In this document: one piece after another, positions 13,821 through 26,799 of the stretch | Layout of the letters: each line of letters opens with the position of its first letter | Position numbering within the stretch: position 1 is the stretch's first letter | Assembly (NCBI GenBank): GCA_951406725.2 | Contig: OX597820.1 | Span: 117,924,001-117,988,000, forward strand | DNA from: Octopus vulgaris | Lineage: Eukaryota | Direction of reading: 5' to 3' | DNA length: 64,000 nucleotides | Notes under the pieces: generated by a model | What the model was told of the DNA's origin: nothing | The model's database searches: none | Seen by the model: only the letters and a program-made list of their open reading frames with translations | Translations under genes and position numbers: made by a program

Positions 13821-14609
13821 TGCCTAGAGGAATGGGCAGTGCTCATCGCCTACCCAAACGTCCCTCTTTGATTAAACTATTGCAAGTCGATGACTGCAAG
13901 AAATACACGTGCAGAGAGGGAATTCCTGAAGGCCGACTTTCAAAGGAAGGACTTGCCCTTGTTTTATACGTTCGGAGTAATATAAAGCTTTCCTTCCATA
14001 ACTTCAAAGTTATTCTGGTGGTTGAAATGAATTAGGAATGTGTTTCAATATATAATGTATGGATGCAAGAGAAATACGTCCTGCGTATCTCATTCACATG
14101 ACAGGTAAAAGAGTTAAGGTACTTCCTTCAGAAAACGATCTCCAGATATATAGCGATATGATGGTATTTCGTTTTGTTTTAGCATGGTTTGAGCTGCATC
14201 AAACTCACTCTGTATATTTTTCTGTTTCAGCTTAAGTTATTCAGTTGTTTAATTTTAAATGCCTCTTCATTTGATTATTTTATGCCATACGTTTCTGGAC
14301 AAATCTCAAGATTGGTTTTCCGTCAGATTTCGTAAGTCAATTCCATAATATTTTTCGAAGACCTTTAAAGCTGTTAAGTATTCGGCTCAGCTCTATTTGT
14401 GTCCATCTCATTTCTTTTTGACCCAGCGCCAATAAACGATTCCACTTTGTTGTGTGGTTCCACTTGGTTAAGTCACATTGGTGAATTATTTCTTTATTTA
14501 TTTCATGACAATAAAAATTTCTGGGCACCGCGTCGTTAAAATAATACATGGAACAACACTGGGTATAGAATATTCACGAAACTTTAATATTCTCTTATAT
14601 ACTGGAAAT

Positions 14610-14760
14610 GTGGAGGTGCGTGGTCTAATGGTTAAGGCGTTGTATTAACGATCCCAAAATCCTGGTTTCGATTCTCGGACTGGGTGGTGGGTTGGTTCTT
14701 GAGCAAAACACTTCATTTCATGTAGCTTCAGTTTACACAGCTGTAAAGGAGTAACCCCAC
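14610..14760 (+). mobile_element. Diverged tRNA/CORE-like SINE head
   Basis: A-box tggtctaatgg, B-box ggtttcgattct, then ttcttgagcaaaacacttcattt; related to 41975-42170 and 63860-63965. Confidence 0.55.
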
Positions 14761-14797
14761 GACACACATATTTATATCGCTGGCAGAAGAGAATCGT

Positions 14798-14871
<74 letters not shown>

Positions 14872-14878
14872 TAGATTG

Positions 14879-15229
14879 ATAGATAGATAAACATTTATGA
14901 ACATTTAAGGCATCACTACGCGCGTTTCCACAAATCGCATATCTCTTACAATCATAGTCCGTATTTCTTGGATGATTACAGTATAGTCCGTAGTATCTGT
15001 GGGCATCGGGTAGATCATTTTCATGGATTCATTTCTTCAGGCGATATAAGATTAATGGATATAATGGATGTTACATCGCCTGAAGAAATGAATCCATGAA
15101 AATGATCTACCCGATGCCCACAGATACAACGGACTACACTGTAATCATTCAAGAAATACGGACTATGATTGTAAGAGATATGCCATTTGTGGAAACGCGC
15201 GTAGCGATGCATTAAATGTTCATAAATTT

Positions 15230-15241
<12 letters not shown>
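14879..15241. repeat. Long foldback palindrome (arms ~14879-15045 / 15075-15241) with hammerhead-like core in each arm
   Basis: Arms are complementary over ~165 bp. The right arm reads catcg-c-CTGAAGA-a-atg(aatc)cat-GAAA-atgatctac-c-cgatg at 15074-15116. Confidence 0.9.
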
Positions 15242-15299
<58 letters not shown>

Positions 15300-15329
15300 G
15301 TCTATAAATGCATATATATATATATATCA

Positions 15330-15515
15330 CTTTGATCCCTTTGACCGACCAGTCCGTCAGGTGTCCATTTGACACCGCTGGTCACATCACGCTGTCCACT
15401 CCTCTCTGGATCGCGCCTTTCTCATCCACGTGATCCCAATCATTCTCTTGAAATCGTCACTCCACCGTCGTAGAGGTCTTCCGGGTGGTCTTTTCCGCTC
15501 ACGCGGGTACCGCTC

Positions 15516-15517
<2 letters not shown>
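15330..15517 (-). mobile_element. RTE-clade LINE 3' end fragment
   Basis: Minus strand reads YPRERKRPPGRPLRRWSDDFKRMIGITWMRKARSREEW*, the RTE/L2-type GRP..RW.D...W...R..W C-terminus. Confidence 0.8.
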
Positions 15518-15551
<34 letters not shown>

Positions 15552-15919
15552 TAGACGATTCTCTTCTGCTAGCGATATAAATATGTGTGCTTTTATGCAC
15601 CATGCATTTATATGAAAAGTCTTCTCAAGGTAAATTCTGCCTTATCCAGCGTTCTAACAAAACATTCACGTTAAGTTGGATATAAAGATTGCTTTTTTTG
15701 GTATTGATACTGTTTCTGTCACTAATAATTGATTTGTAATAAGTCTACTGACTAATCGCGCTATCAGTGCCTGAAAAGTCACTGGAATTCTATACATGGT
15801 TGGCAGTGAGATTCGACTGGTATGCAGTTAGCGCACGTCTGTCACTGAAGAAACGGGATACGTTGAAACCACGCGATTGCTTTTATGCAGCATGCGTCCA
15901 TATGAAAGGTCATCTGAAG

Positions 15920-15957
<38 letters not shown>

Positions 15958-16497
15958 TGTTTGGAATTCTCTTATATCTAACTCTAAGGATGATCACAAG
16001 CTAATATCTCGCAGAAAAAAACTACTCCTCCAAATTTAATCCTGTTTGGAACAATTGTCGAGGCCTGAAAATCCTTTAATGTTATAAGAGTCAAGTGGCT
16101 ATTGTTCAGTTTGTAATCTCTGTTACACATCGCCAACGATGTCAGTTTGGACGTATCTGTGAGGACATAAAGCACGATTTTACTGATGGCTGAGGGGGCG
16201 AAATTATGACACTGAAATATGTTACGGGTCAATATGTTTGGAAACCAAATTTCAGATCTAAGCAATGTTTTACAAGGAAGTTTTACGGCTGTTGACAGCT
16301 GTAGTCTAGTTGAGACGATAAAAAAGGCATTTAATGAAAATCGATAAACATTTATAACGTTCATATCCTGATTCTTTTCCCTAAATCTTAGAACGCAGCA
16401 TACGTATTCAAATGCTAAAAAAAAGTTCACAAAAATTCGATTGAATATTTAAAATTATATATAGATTGATTATATATGATTATATTTAAAATTGTAT

Positions 16498-16785
16498 ATA
16501 GATTGATAGATAGATAAAAATTTATGAACGTTTAATGCATCACTACGCGCGTTTCCACAAATCGCATATCTCTTACAATCATAGTCCGTATTTCTTGAAT
16601 AATTACAGTGTAGTCCGTAGTATCTGTGGGCGTCGGGTAGATCTTTTTCATGGATTCATTTCTTCAGGCGATATAAGATTAATGGATGTAATGGATGTTA
16701 CATCGTCTGAAGAAATGAATCCATGAAAATGATCTACCCGATGCCCACAGATACTATGGAATAGTCCGTATTTCTTGGATGATTA
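16498..16785. repeat. Second copy of the 14879-15241 palindromic element with truncated, re-inverted right arm
   Basis: Matches 14879-15135; 16761-16785 resumes left-arm orientation (atagtccgtatttcttggatgatta). Confidence 0.85.
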
Positions 16786-17809
16786 TGGTTCCTTGTAAAT
16801 GATGCTATTTTTTGGTGCGGCATTTTCTTTTTGAAGTGATTCTCTGAGACCAGGAAAATTAGCAGTTCATTTCAGTTCATTTCATATCTTGAACATGCAA
16901 AGAAGCCTCATCTATAATTCAAACGGCTGAAAGGCAAGAGATTAAAGACTGAACAATAGTTAATTGCTGAAATATTAAAGTCATTGATTAGCAAGAAAGA
17001 ACACGAACTCCTAATTAAGAACTCAGCGCCGTAAAGTGAAAAAAAAAAAAACAGGAAAAATATTATGGGAACCAGTCATTGAAATATATCTTAGGACAAT
17101 CCAGAATAATAGGAAAGCTGACTATGGAATTATTCCTCGTAACCGTTCTGTCCACTGTTGCAAGTATGAAATTGCAAGCTATGCCGTGACATATTTGTTT
17201 CAGTCATTGGACTGCGGCCATGTTGGGGCACCCCTCAAGTATTTAGTCGAACAAATCGACCCCAGTACTTATTCTGAGTTTTGTTTCTTTTCAAGTCTGG
17301 AGCTTATTCTGCCGTACTCTTTCACCGAACTGCTAAGTTACGGGGACGTGAGCCAACCAACACTGGTTGTCAAGCGGAGCGGGTCAAAAACACATACACA
17401 AAGACACGCATGCGCATGGACGATGATTATCGGAAAGTAACCATCTGAAAATGTTTGTTACCGTCTATGACACTCCGTTACACTTTGTTAAAAATAGGAC
17501 TTCGGGTTCATGAAATCCAACGCAGCAGGGCCTTCATCACACAACTTGTTCAAATTTTTGTTCAACTGCAAACTGAGGATTTTAAATACCCACCCCCAGG
17601 TTTTGAGAAATAATCTCTCTCACTTTACACCTGATCGATCAAAAAATATCTCATAAATAACATCAGAACGATTATCTCCAAGATGATTTGAGTAACAGAT
17701 TTATTGTTACCCGAAATCCATGAAATATATTTCCTGAGTTACCCTGTTATTTCTTTTTTTCAGCTGGAGAAATAATGAGCAAATAGCTAAAATGGAATCT
17801 GATCATATT

Positions 17810-18005
17810 GGTTTCAAATTTTAGCACGAGGCCAGTAAGTTTGGGGGAGGGGTAAGTCGATTACATCGGCCCTTGTATTCAACTGGTCCTTGTTTTCTCG
17901 ACCTCAAAAGGATGAAAAGCAAAGTCGACCTCGGAGTAATTTGAACTCAGAGACGGACGGAATGTCGCTAAGCATTTCACCCGGCGTGCTAACAATTCTG
18001 CCGCA
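17810..18005 (-). mobile_element. SINE family B, diverged
   Basis: aggatgaaaagcaaagtcgacctcgg...ttgaactcag...cggcgtgctaac. Confidence 0.75.
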
Positions 18006-19414
18006 TTAAGAATCTGATCTTATTTACAAGCTAGTGAAGGCAGTGTGAGTGAAACCGAACCTGCTTCAAAGCAATATTCCATATGGTTTGATCCCCATGT
18101 TGTTGCTAAACAGAACCAATTAATTGCAGACATTTAGAAGCTGCTCTTACCTTTACCTTCAACATATTTGGTCGAATGTGCGCTAAGTGTAGAGACAACT
18201 AAATATGCAGAAAGAAGGACGAAAAACGAGAACTTCTCATATTTCTGAGTGTGGTAACCTTCGAGAAAAAACTATCTGCATTTGTTACACTGTATTTCAG
18301 TTTCTCTGCACGCAGGCCAAAGTCAGCATTAAATCAAATAAAAGTTTTGTTTTACGAGGATTTTATTAATACCCATACTTTTCTTTTAATGACCCAATAA
18401 TAATGTGTTTTTGGCCTGCCAACAACATATTTGAGCATTAAATCAAATGCAACTTTTATGATTCATTGAAATAGTTATTTCTTTTTCCATTGGTTGGCAA
18501 TTAACAAAGACATTTAAATTCATAAACTGTTTGAATAATTACCACAGTAAAAAGGATAATGGGGAAAAAATTACTTCGTGGCAAATCAAAACTGGAGAAA
18601 AATTAAACAAAACCTGGGTTAGGTGGTCTCTGAGAACCTTTTTTGTTTTTTGACACGAAGGCAAATATTTCGATGAAGACATTTTATAGTCTTCAAAAAA
18701 TCGTTTTGAATATAACCCCTTCCAGTTCTGATCTTTGAGAAGAATGTTAAGCTGAACTTTCGGTCATCTTCAGATTGAAGGCAACAAGAATTAATGAGTT
18801 CGCAATATAGGGATGCGGTCTTAACTAACGGCACCGACTGCTCCACTCACAAGAAAAGGTTTAATGTTTACGAAGAGTTTATTGTCAGAATAAGAATTGT
18901 GATATATCTGCAGTAACTGTTAGAAAATATGGAAGATTCGAAATTAATTCGGTTTAGTTTTCCATTTCTTTGATGAAATAAACATTTAATACCTAGAACA
19001 ACGTATTCGTTAGTTTCAACAATAACTGTTCTAATTATTTCATTAATTGAACTGCTTTGTCATAGAATTAGAGGATAAGTGGCTGAGTATTCTGTACACT
19101 CATGTACCCTTAATGTAATCGTCGGGTGTGACAGGATGTGTGATATGGTTGGCCCTTTAAATTATGGGTACAGCCCAACACCCGGATCAGCTCGATAGAT
19201 CTTTATTTTCAATTTCAATGCAACACTCGAGTAGATCCGCAGCTGTGACAAAAAAAAGGGTCTTATTCCAGGTTCCACAATGAGAACGAATTCGGGACCC
19301 TCAGCTTACAAAATCGCTTCTTCACCATTTGGCTATACTTGTGCATTGCGTATATTAAACACACACACACACACACACACACACAAAGACACAGGCACAC
19401 ACACAAACACAGAC

Positions 19415-19458
<44 letters not shown>

Positions 19459-19837
19459 AAATAGTAATCAGTACTAATGATACTCATTATTGGTTGCTTG
19501 GTCACGCTAAAACAGTCATATTACCTTATATGGAATTAATCAATTAAGTCTGTAATTAATTGATATTTAAACAGAATTATTATTATTAATTACATAGTTA
19601 TTGCAAATATATAAATCACAAGTTTAATTTTATTCAATTTCAATTTAACTTAATAAATATTTTCATTTTGAAAATTAATATTGATTTCATTGTTCTGAGT
19701 AAGTGCCATATTTGAAAACAGTAAAATTTCAATTAGTTTACCTGGGTAATAACATCACCTGATTTTTACCTGTGTGTCAAAAGTATATTCCTAACATTAC
19801 CTGTCAAAGGACAGGTAACACTCTAATATATATACAT

Positions 19838-19924
<87 letters not shown>

Positions 19925-20149
19925 CACACACACACACAGACACACACATACTAGAGTGTTATCTGTATCTTTATATATATATATATATTTAGAAGAAGCT
20001 AATTATATGATCTTCATACTCCATCTACTACAACCGTGGGATTCCCCATTCGTTGGTTAGGGCCATGAAAAATTTGATACTGGAACCGATCTAAGGGCAA
20101 TAACCCGTCTCACCTGAGGCTGGGGCAATATATATATATATATATAATA

Positions 20150-20517
20150 TATAATAAATATCTGAGCATGTTATAAACAATAGCTGCACGACTTCGTGAA
20201 GTATATTTGCCACCTAAATATGGCTAACTCTTAAGAGTCGATGCTACTGTAGCTTGTAGCCCCAGGAAGACATTTCCAGCTGGCTATTGACACACTATAT
20301 GTGCTCTATCAGTATTTGCAAAACGAAGTAATCGTTCTCATCTCCAGCCTGACATGATACACTTGGACCCGAGTTTCTGGGTATTTACCCGTCATCAGCA
20401 TGTGACACCCACCGGTTGGCGATGGGGAATGGTTCTCAATGCAAATATAGATATTCTTTTTCCATTGACAAAAAGACACTGATCTCGAAAAAGTAGAAAC
20501 AGGCAATAATATATCTA
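20150..20517 (-). mobile_element. Hammerhead-bearing non-coding element family D (copy 1)
   Basis: Collinear with 41541-41918 (aatatggcta..., tagccccagga..., tccagctggct..., tgcaaata, ctgat.tcgaaaaa). Confidence 0.7.
20360..20404 (-). ncRNA. Minimal hammerhead ribozyme-like motif, GUC site
   Basis: Minus strand: CACAUG-CUGAUGA-C-GGGU(AAAU)ACCC-A-GAA-ACUCGGGU-C-CAAGUG. Confidence 0.75.
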
Positions 20518-20981
20518 TTTAAGTTTTTCTACCTCCATTTTGAAAAGAGGTTATTTGCCCGCGGCCATTTGCATCCGACGAGCCGTCTATAAGGCTTGGC
20601 GCTTTATGGAGGCTTAATAGATTGGTCATTCTATGACTTAATAGATGCTTAATAGGTTGGTCATAGATTGGTCATTCTATGGCTGGACATATAACTAACT
20701 TCCTATAAATACATTACTGCTCAAACGTTTTGTGTGTATTTCACTTCCGGTTATACAACCTGCAAACAATGGATGCATGCTTTGACCCTCATAGGGAAAT
20801 CTTTTCTCTTATTCAGGTACGAAGTTTCTGAAAAAAGATATACTTCCACGTTACCATCTCTATGCCAACACAAAAGGAATTCAAAGAGGTTTGAATTCTA
20901 GCATAGGCAGAGGTAGAGTTTTATTTTAACGCTTGGAATTAATTTTGATTCGATGAAATCTTAAAATATCTTGTATAATGA

Positions 20982-21595
20982 TTTCAAATTTTTGCCACAA
21001 GGGCAGCTTGTGGGAATGGATTAAGTCGATTACATCGACCCCAGTGCGTTTTTGGTACGTATTTAATCGACCCCGAAAGGTTGAAAGGCAAAGTCGACCT
21101 CGGCGAAATTTGAACTCAGAACGTTGTGACGGGCGAAATACCATTAAGCATTTCACCCGGTGTGCTAACGATTCTGCCAGCTCGCCGCCTTAAATATCTT
21201 GTAGAATCTTTTCTATTCTAGGCATAAGGCTCGAAAGTTTGGGGAAGGGGGCCGGTCGATTAGATCGACACCAGTACGTAACTGATACTTATTTATCGAC
21301 CCAGAAAGGGTGAAAGGCAAAGTCGACCTCGACGGAATTTGAACTCAGTACGTAAAGACAAACGAAATACCTGTTTCTTTATAACCCACAAGGGGCTAAA
21401 CACGGAGAGGACAAAAAAGGACAGACAAAGGTATTAAGTCGATTATATCGACCCCAGTGGTACTTAATTTATAAACCCCAAAATGATAAAAGGCAAAGTC
21501 GACCTCGGCGGAATTTGAACTCAGAACGTAGCGGCAGACGAAATACTGCTACGCATTTCGCCCGGCGTGCTAACGTTTCTGCCAGCTCGCCGCCT
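20982..21595 (-). mobile_element. SINE family B cluster including head-to-tail internal repeats
   Basis: gaaaggcaaagtcgacctcg.cg.aatttgaactcag occurs three times; heads gccagctcgccgcc at ~21190 and ~21595. Confidence 0.85.
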
Positions 21596-21737
21596 TGTAT
21601 AATGTATATAATCTTGTATAATCTTATATAATGTTTAAGAATGGTGACACTTCCTTCTATTCGATCAGGACACTTTAAAAGAATATCTTTGTAGTTTTTG
21701 AATAAATGAATAAATTACTGTGAGACGCCAACTTAGG

Positions 21738-22199
21738 TATGGCTTTGTGGTTAATAAACTCGCTTTGCAACCGCCTGGTTTGAGGGTTCATTCCCACTGC
21801 GCGCCAGCTTGGGCTGCTTGTGTGACTTGGGCAATTGTCTTCTAGTATAGACCCGGGCCTACCAATGGTTTGTGAGTAAATTTGGTAGATGGAAACTGTG
21901 TGGAAGCCCGTCGTATATTTATATATATACGCATATGTATATACATATATGCGTATATATATATATATATATATATATGTACGCATATTTGTATATATAT
22001 GTATATATATATATATATATATATGCATATATGTATATATATATATATATATATATAGATGTATGTATATGTAGCGAAAGAGTACAGCAGGGACCGCCCT
22101 CCCCCTGCGGGAGCCTCGTGGAGCTCAATAAACACTCACAACGCCCGGTCTGGGAATCGAAACCGCAATCCTACGACTACGACCGCCTCCACATGTATG

Positions 22200-22266
<67 letters not shown>

Positions 22267-22490
22267 ATATATGCATGCATATATGTGCAGTTGTGAATGT
22301 GTCTTTGTGTTTGTGTTTAGGTCTCCCACTGCTTTGACAACAGGTGTTAGTTTACGTCCTTGAAACCTAGCGGTTTGACAAAAGAAACCGATTAAGTACA
22401 GACTTAAGAATAAGTACACGGGTCGTTTTGCTCGATTAAAGCGTTTAAAACGTTGCTCCAGCACCGCCGCAGTCTAATGACTGGAATTTT
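21738..22490 (+). mobile_element. Diverged SINE family A with a family C fragment (22073-22192, minus) nested in its TA repeat
   Basis: Head tggctttgtggtt...ggttcattcccactgc. The insert gaaagagtacagcaggga...cgcccggtctgggaatcgaaaccgc matches 37190-37345. Confidence 0.7.
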
Positions 22491-22616
22491 AAAAAAAGTA
22501 CTCGATATGTAATATAGAGAGTATGAAAACTAGAAACATGAATATGATGAAGGAAAGACAAAATGAACGATATTGATTCAAAGAAAATAATTTTGTTTTG
22601 ACAAGTGCGTCAGACA

Positions 22617-22658
22617 ACTCCAGACATGTTTTGTCTTACTGGACCTCATCAGCGAAGT
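22617..22658 (-). ncRNA. Minimal hammerhead-like motif with GAAA->AAAA mutation
   Basis: Minus strand: ACUUCG-CUGAUGA-G-GUC(CAGUAA)GAC-AAA-ACAUGU-C-UGGAGU; stem I 6 bp with G-U pairs, palindromic stem III, GUC site. Confidence 0.6.
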
Positions 22659-22952
22659 ATAAACTTCTCTGTAATTGCTGAAATATAGCTGACAGAGGCA
22701 ATAAAGTCGATACTGACTATGGTACACGAATAGTCATGAAAAGAATTTGAAAGATTTTAATGTGGTATCACCGTGGTTGATTGCTCAGAAAGGCCATTTA
22801 CATGAAGAATAAGAAAATAACAGTAACGTTATTACTGTGAGAAATAAATAGTTACAGAGAAACACAAAATAAATAAATGAACATCTGTACATTTAGATAT
22901 CTATGTATGTAGATGTGTGTGTGTATATATATTTATATACACACACAGGAGT

Positions 22953-23127
22953 GGCGCAGGAGTGGCTGTGTGGTAAGTAGCTTGCTTACCAACCACATGG
23001 TTCCGGGTTCAGTCCAACTGCGTGGCATCTTGGGCAAGTGTCTTCTGCTATAGCCCCGGGCCGACCAATGCCCTGTGAGTGGATTTGGTAGACGGAAACT
23101 GAAAGAAGCCCGTCGTATATATTGTAT

Positions 23128-23180
<53 letters not shown>

Positions 23181-23400
23181 GTTTGTGTGTCTGTGTTTGT
23201 CCCCCTAGCATTGCTTGACAACCGATGCTGGTGTGTTTACGACCCCGTAACTTAGCGGTTCGGCAAAAGAGACCGATAGAATAAGTACTGGGCTTACAAA
23301 GAATAAGTCCCGGCGTCGATTTGATCGACTAAAGGCGGTGCTCCAGCATGGCCGCAGTCAAATGACTGAAACAAGTAAAAGAATAAAAAAGAATATAAAA
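22953..23400 (+). mobile_element. SINE family A, full length
   Basis: ggcgcaggagtggctgtgtggtaagtagc head through gactgaaacaagtaaaagaat tail. Confidence 0.9.
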
Positions 23401-23411
23401 GAATATATATA

Positions 23412-23502
<91 letters not shown>

Positions 23503-23504
<2 letters not shown>

Positions 23505-23730
23505 CATCATCATCATTTAACGTCCGTTTTCCATGCTAGCATGGGTTGGATGGTTCAACCGGGGTCTGGTACGCCATGGAGGCTGCACCAGGCTCCAGTC
23601 TGGTTTGACAGTGTTTCTACAGCTGGATGCCCTTCCTAACGCCAACCACAGGGGCCAGAGGAGGCTGGCAACGTCCACGATCGGTTGGTGCTTTTACGTG
23701 TCACCGACACCGACGCCAGTCAGGCGGCGC
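23503..23730 (-). mobile_element. Retroposon 3' fragment with (ATG)n tail
   Basis: catcatcatcatttaacgtccg...ggatgcccttcctaacgccaacc, a motif type I recall from SINE/LINE tails; single copy here. Confidence 0.5.
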
Positions 23731-23732
23731 TG

Positions 23733-23781
<49 letters not shown>

Positions 23782-24067
23782 TGTAGGTGTGTATGTTTAT
23801 ATATACATACAAAAATACATACATACCTACACACACACACACACACACACATATACGTATAATACATACTTGCATGCATATATATATACTCATATATATT
23901 TGCATTTATATAAATGCGTGTGTGTCTGTTCATTCTCTCTCTCCCTCCCCCTCTCTCTCTATATAATTAAAATTTCGAAAACCTGAAATTGAAACCTGAT
24001 CGCTGAGTCTGCCTGTAGAAATCTGATGTCTTCGTTATGTGTGGCACCTTATTGTTACGTTTACTAA

Positions 24068-24620
24068 GGCGGCGGGCTGGCAGAAACGTTAGCACACCGG
24101 GCGAAATGCTTGGCAGTATTTCGTCTACCGCTACGTTCTGAGTTCAAATCCCGCCGTGGTCGACTTTGCCTTTCATCCTTTCAGGGTCAATTAAATAAGT
24201 ACCAGTTACGCACTGGGGTCGATATAATCGACTTAATCCTTTTTTCTGTCCTTGTTTGTCCTCTCTGTGTTTAGTCCCTTGTGGGTAGTAAAGAAATAGG
24301 TATTTCGTCTGCCGCTACGTTCTGAGTTCAAATTCCGCCGAGGTCGACTTTGCCTTTCATCCTTTCGGGGTCGATTAAATAAGTACCAGTTAGGCACTGG
24401 GGTCGATATAATCGACTCGATCCGTTTGTCTGTCCTTGTTTGTCCTCTCTGTGTTGAACCCCTTGTGGGTAGTAAAGAAATAGGTATTTCGCCTGCCGCT
24501 ACGTTCTGAGTTCAAATTCCGTCGAGGTCAACTTTGCCGCTGATCATTTTTTTTTTAGCGAGGTAGATAAAGTCAAGTACTGGGGGATCAATGTAATCAA
24601 CGTCTCCCTCCTCTCAAAAA
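24068..24620 (+). mobile_element. SINE family B with ~184-bp head-to-tail internal multimer
   Basis: Head ggcggcgggctggcagaaacgttagc; units restart at ~24116, ~24300, ~24484. Confidence 0.9.
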
Positions 24621-24693
24621 CTGTGTCAGCACCATCCTGTGTCATAATTGGAAATCATTTTTACATCTACTTTCGGGTGTTTTTTTTTGTGTG

Positions 24694-24929
<236 letters not shown>

Positions 24930-25558
24930 CAGGGCCCTACGTGCAACCCCCATTCGTCTTACAAAAACTCTGGCGACGTTGTTAGGGCAGCGATCGTAGA
25001 GCTGGCGTCGCCGCTATTAGTTGCTTGACTTGGCGAATGAGTGAGCCAGACGAACCAATGATGCATGAAAGCCCTCGAATCACAGAGGAATATCCTTTAC
25101 ACTCTCACCGAAGATTGGAATGGAATGTCCGTTTGTTAACAGAGAAAAAGTGGATCGGGGGGTGGTCGGTGCGGAGGAAATTCATTCTGAACTGGAGCGG
25201 TCGTACTAATGTGTTGGATCATGGTATTGGTAGTGGTGGTGGTGGGAGTTGCGGTGGTGGTGAGTGTGATGGTGATGATGATGCTGTTGCAGGTGATGGT
25301 GACGGTGGTAATGGGGGTGGCGGTGATGGTGATGGTGGTGGTGGTGGTGGTAGTGGTGGTGGTGGTGGTGGTGGTGGTTGGTAGCTGTATTGTCGTGCAT
25401 CTGGGTGGAGGAGCGGGGGTTAAAAGGAAGGAGTCAGAACCGGAGCCGGAGCCGACAGCGGTGGTTCGTGTTGGAGAGACGGTGCTGGACAAGAACGGAG
25501 AGCGAAAACAAGCGAAATTGAGGCGAAGAAGGATGAAGAGAAGAATGGGAAGTGAGGG

Positions 25559-25636
<78 letters not shown>

Positions 25637-26799
25637 GGGGATGATAGCGGGTGGCAGGAAGAAGAAGAAGAATGAAGACGAAGGTGAGTTCGGGCAGGTG
25701 GGAGCGCGAACAAGTGAATGTTGGTGAATGAGGGGTGGGTTGGTCGGGTTTTGATGGTAAAATGGGAACGAGGTGATTGAACTGGGAACAAGTTCAATTT
25801 TGAAGAGTGGATGATATCGAAAGGTAATTAAAAGAGGATCCAACTGAATGTCCACTGTCCGTCCATCTTCGGACAATAATGATATCCTGAATACATTTGC
25901 CATTCCAACGCCGACTTTTTCTTCTATCTTTATTAAGTAACTCTTTTCTCTTAGTTTGCTCGTGTTTCCATTAATTATTCTTCATTTTGTTTCTGCTATT
26001 CTTTCTTCATTCCTTAACTGCTATTCATTTCCTTCTCTCACCATTCCTTACTTTTATATTTCTTTTTCTTTATTTATTTTCTTATTTTCATTTTCCCGCT
26101 AATTTATTATTCTTCCCTCACACTTTCGCCGTCACCAAATTAATCTTTCGATTTACAAATGTCGCTTTTATTCTTCTTCCTTATCTTTCCCAGTTTCACT
26201 TTCACTTTCACATTCCTCTTCGTCTTCATCCCATCTCTTTCCTCTCGCCTACACCGTGTTTTCTCATAGTGTCCCTGCTATTTACGTATCACTACACCCT
26301 CTTCTCCGCACCGAAATGCTTATGGTTCCGTTCCAATATCTATCCATTCACCCAACTATCCGTCCATCTAACCATCTCACAATTTCCTTCCACTCCCAAC
26401 CAAAACTCTCTGGCTCTGTCTGTCTGTTTGTCTGTCTCTCTCTTCCTTCTTCCTCTTCTTTCTCTCTCTCTCTCATCTCTTTAACCCCTCTCAGTTTACC
26501 TCACACCGCATCCCATCACGTCTGTTGATACAAAAGCTGCTTCTCTAGCTACGCCATTCCCCATCTCCTATATACACAAACATACACATGCATAAATGTA
26601 TATACATGTGCAACTATACACACGTGCATATATAGACATCCATGATTACATGTATATACACATACTCACATACATAAATATACATATAGTAAATACATTT
26701 ATAGATATATGCATATACATAGATAGATAGATGCATACATACATTCATAGAGACTGTATATACATATAAACATACATACACAACCTGCATACACACATA

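Larger units (their letters stand above)
14763..15589. repeat. Outer 38-bp inverted repeat (14763-14800 / 15552-15589) enclosing nested inserts
   Basis: cacacatatttatatcgctggcagaagagaatcgtcta versus tagacgattctcttctgctagcgatataaatatgtgtg; 1 mismatch. Confidence 0.85.

Noticed and set aside
15845-15880. CTGAAGA-aacg/cgtt-GAAAC hammerhead-like core
   Set aside because: No convincing stem III/UH or stem I; possibly a decayed copy but unsupported
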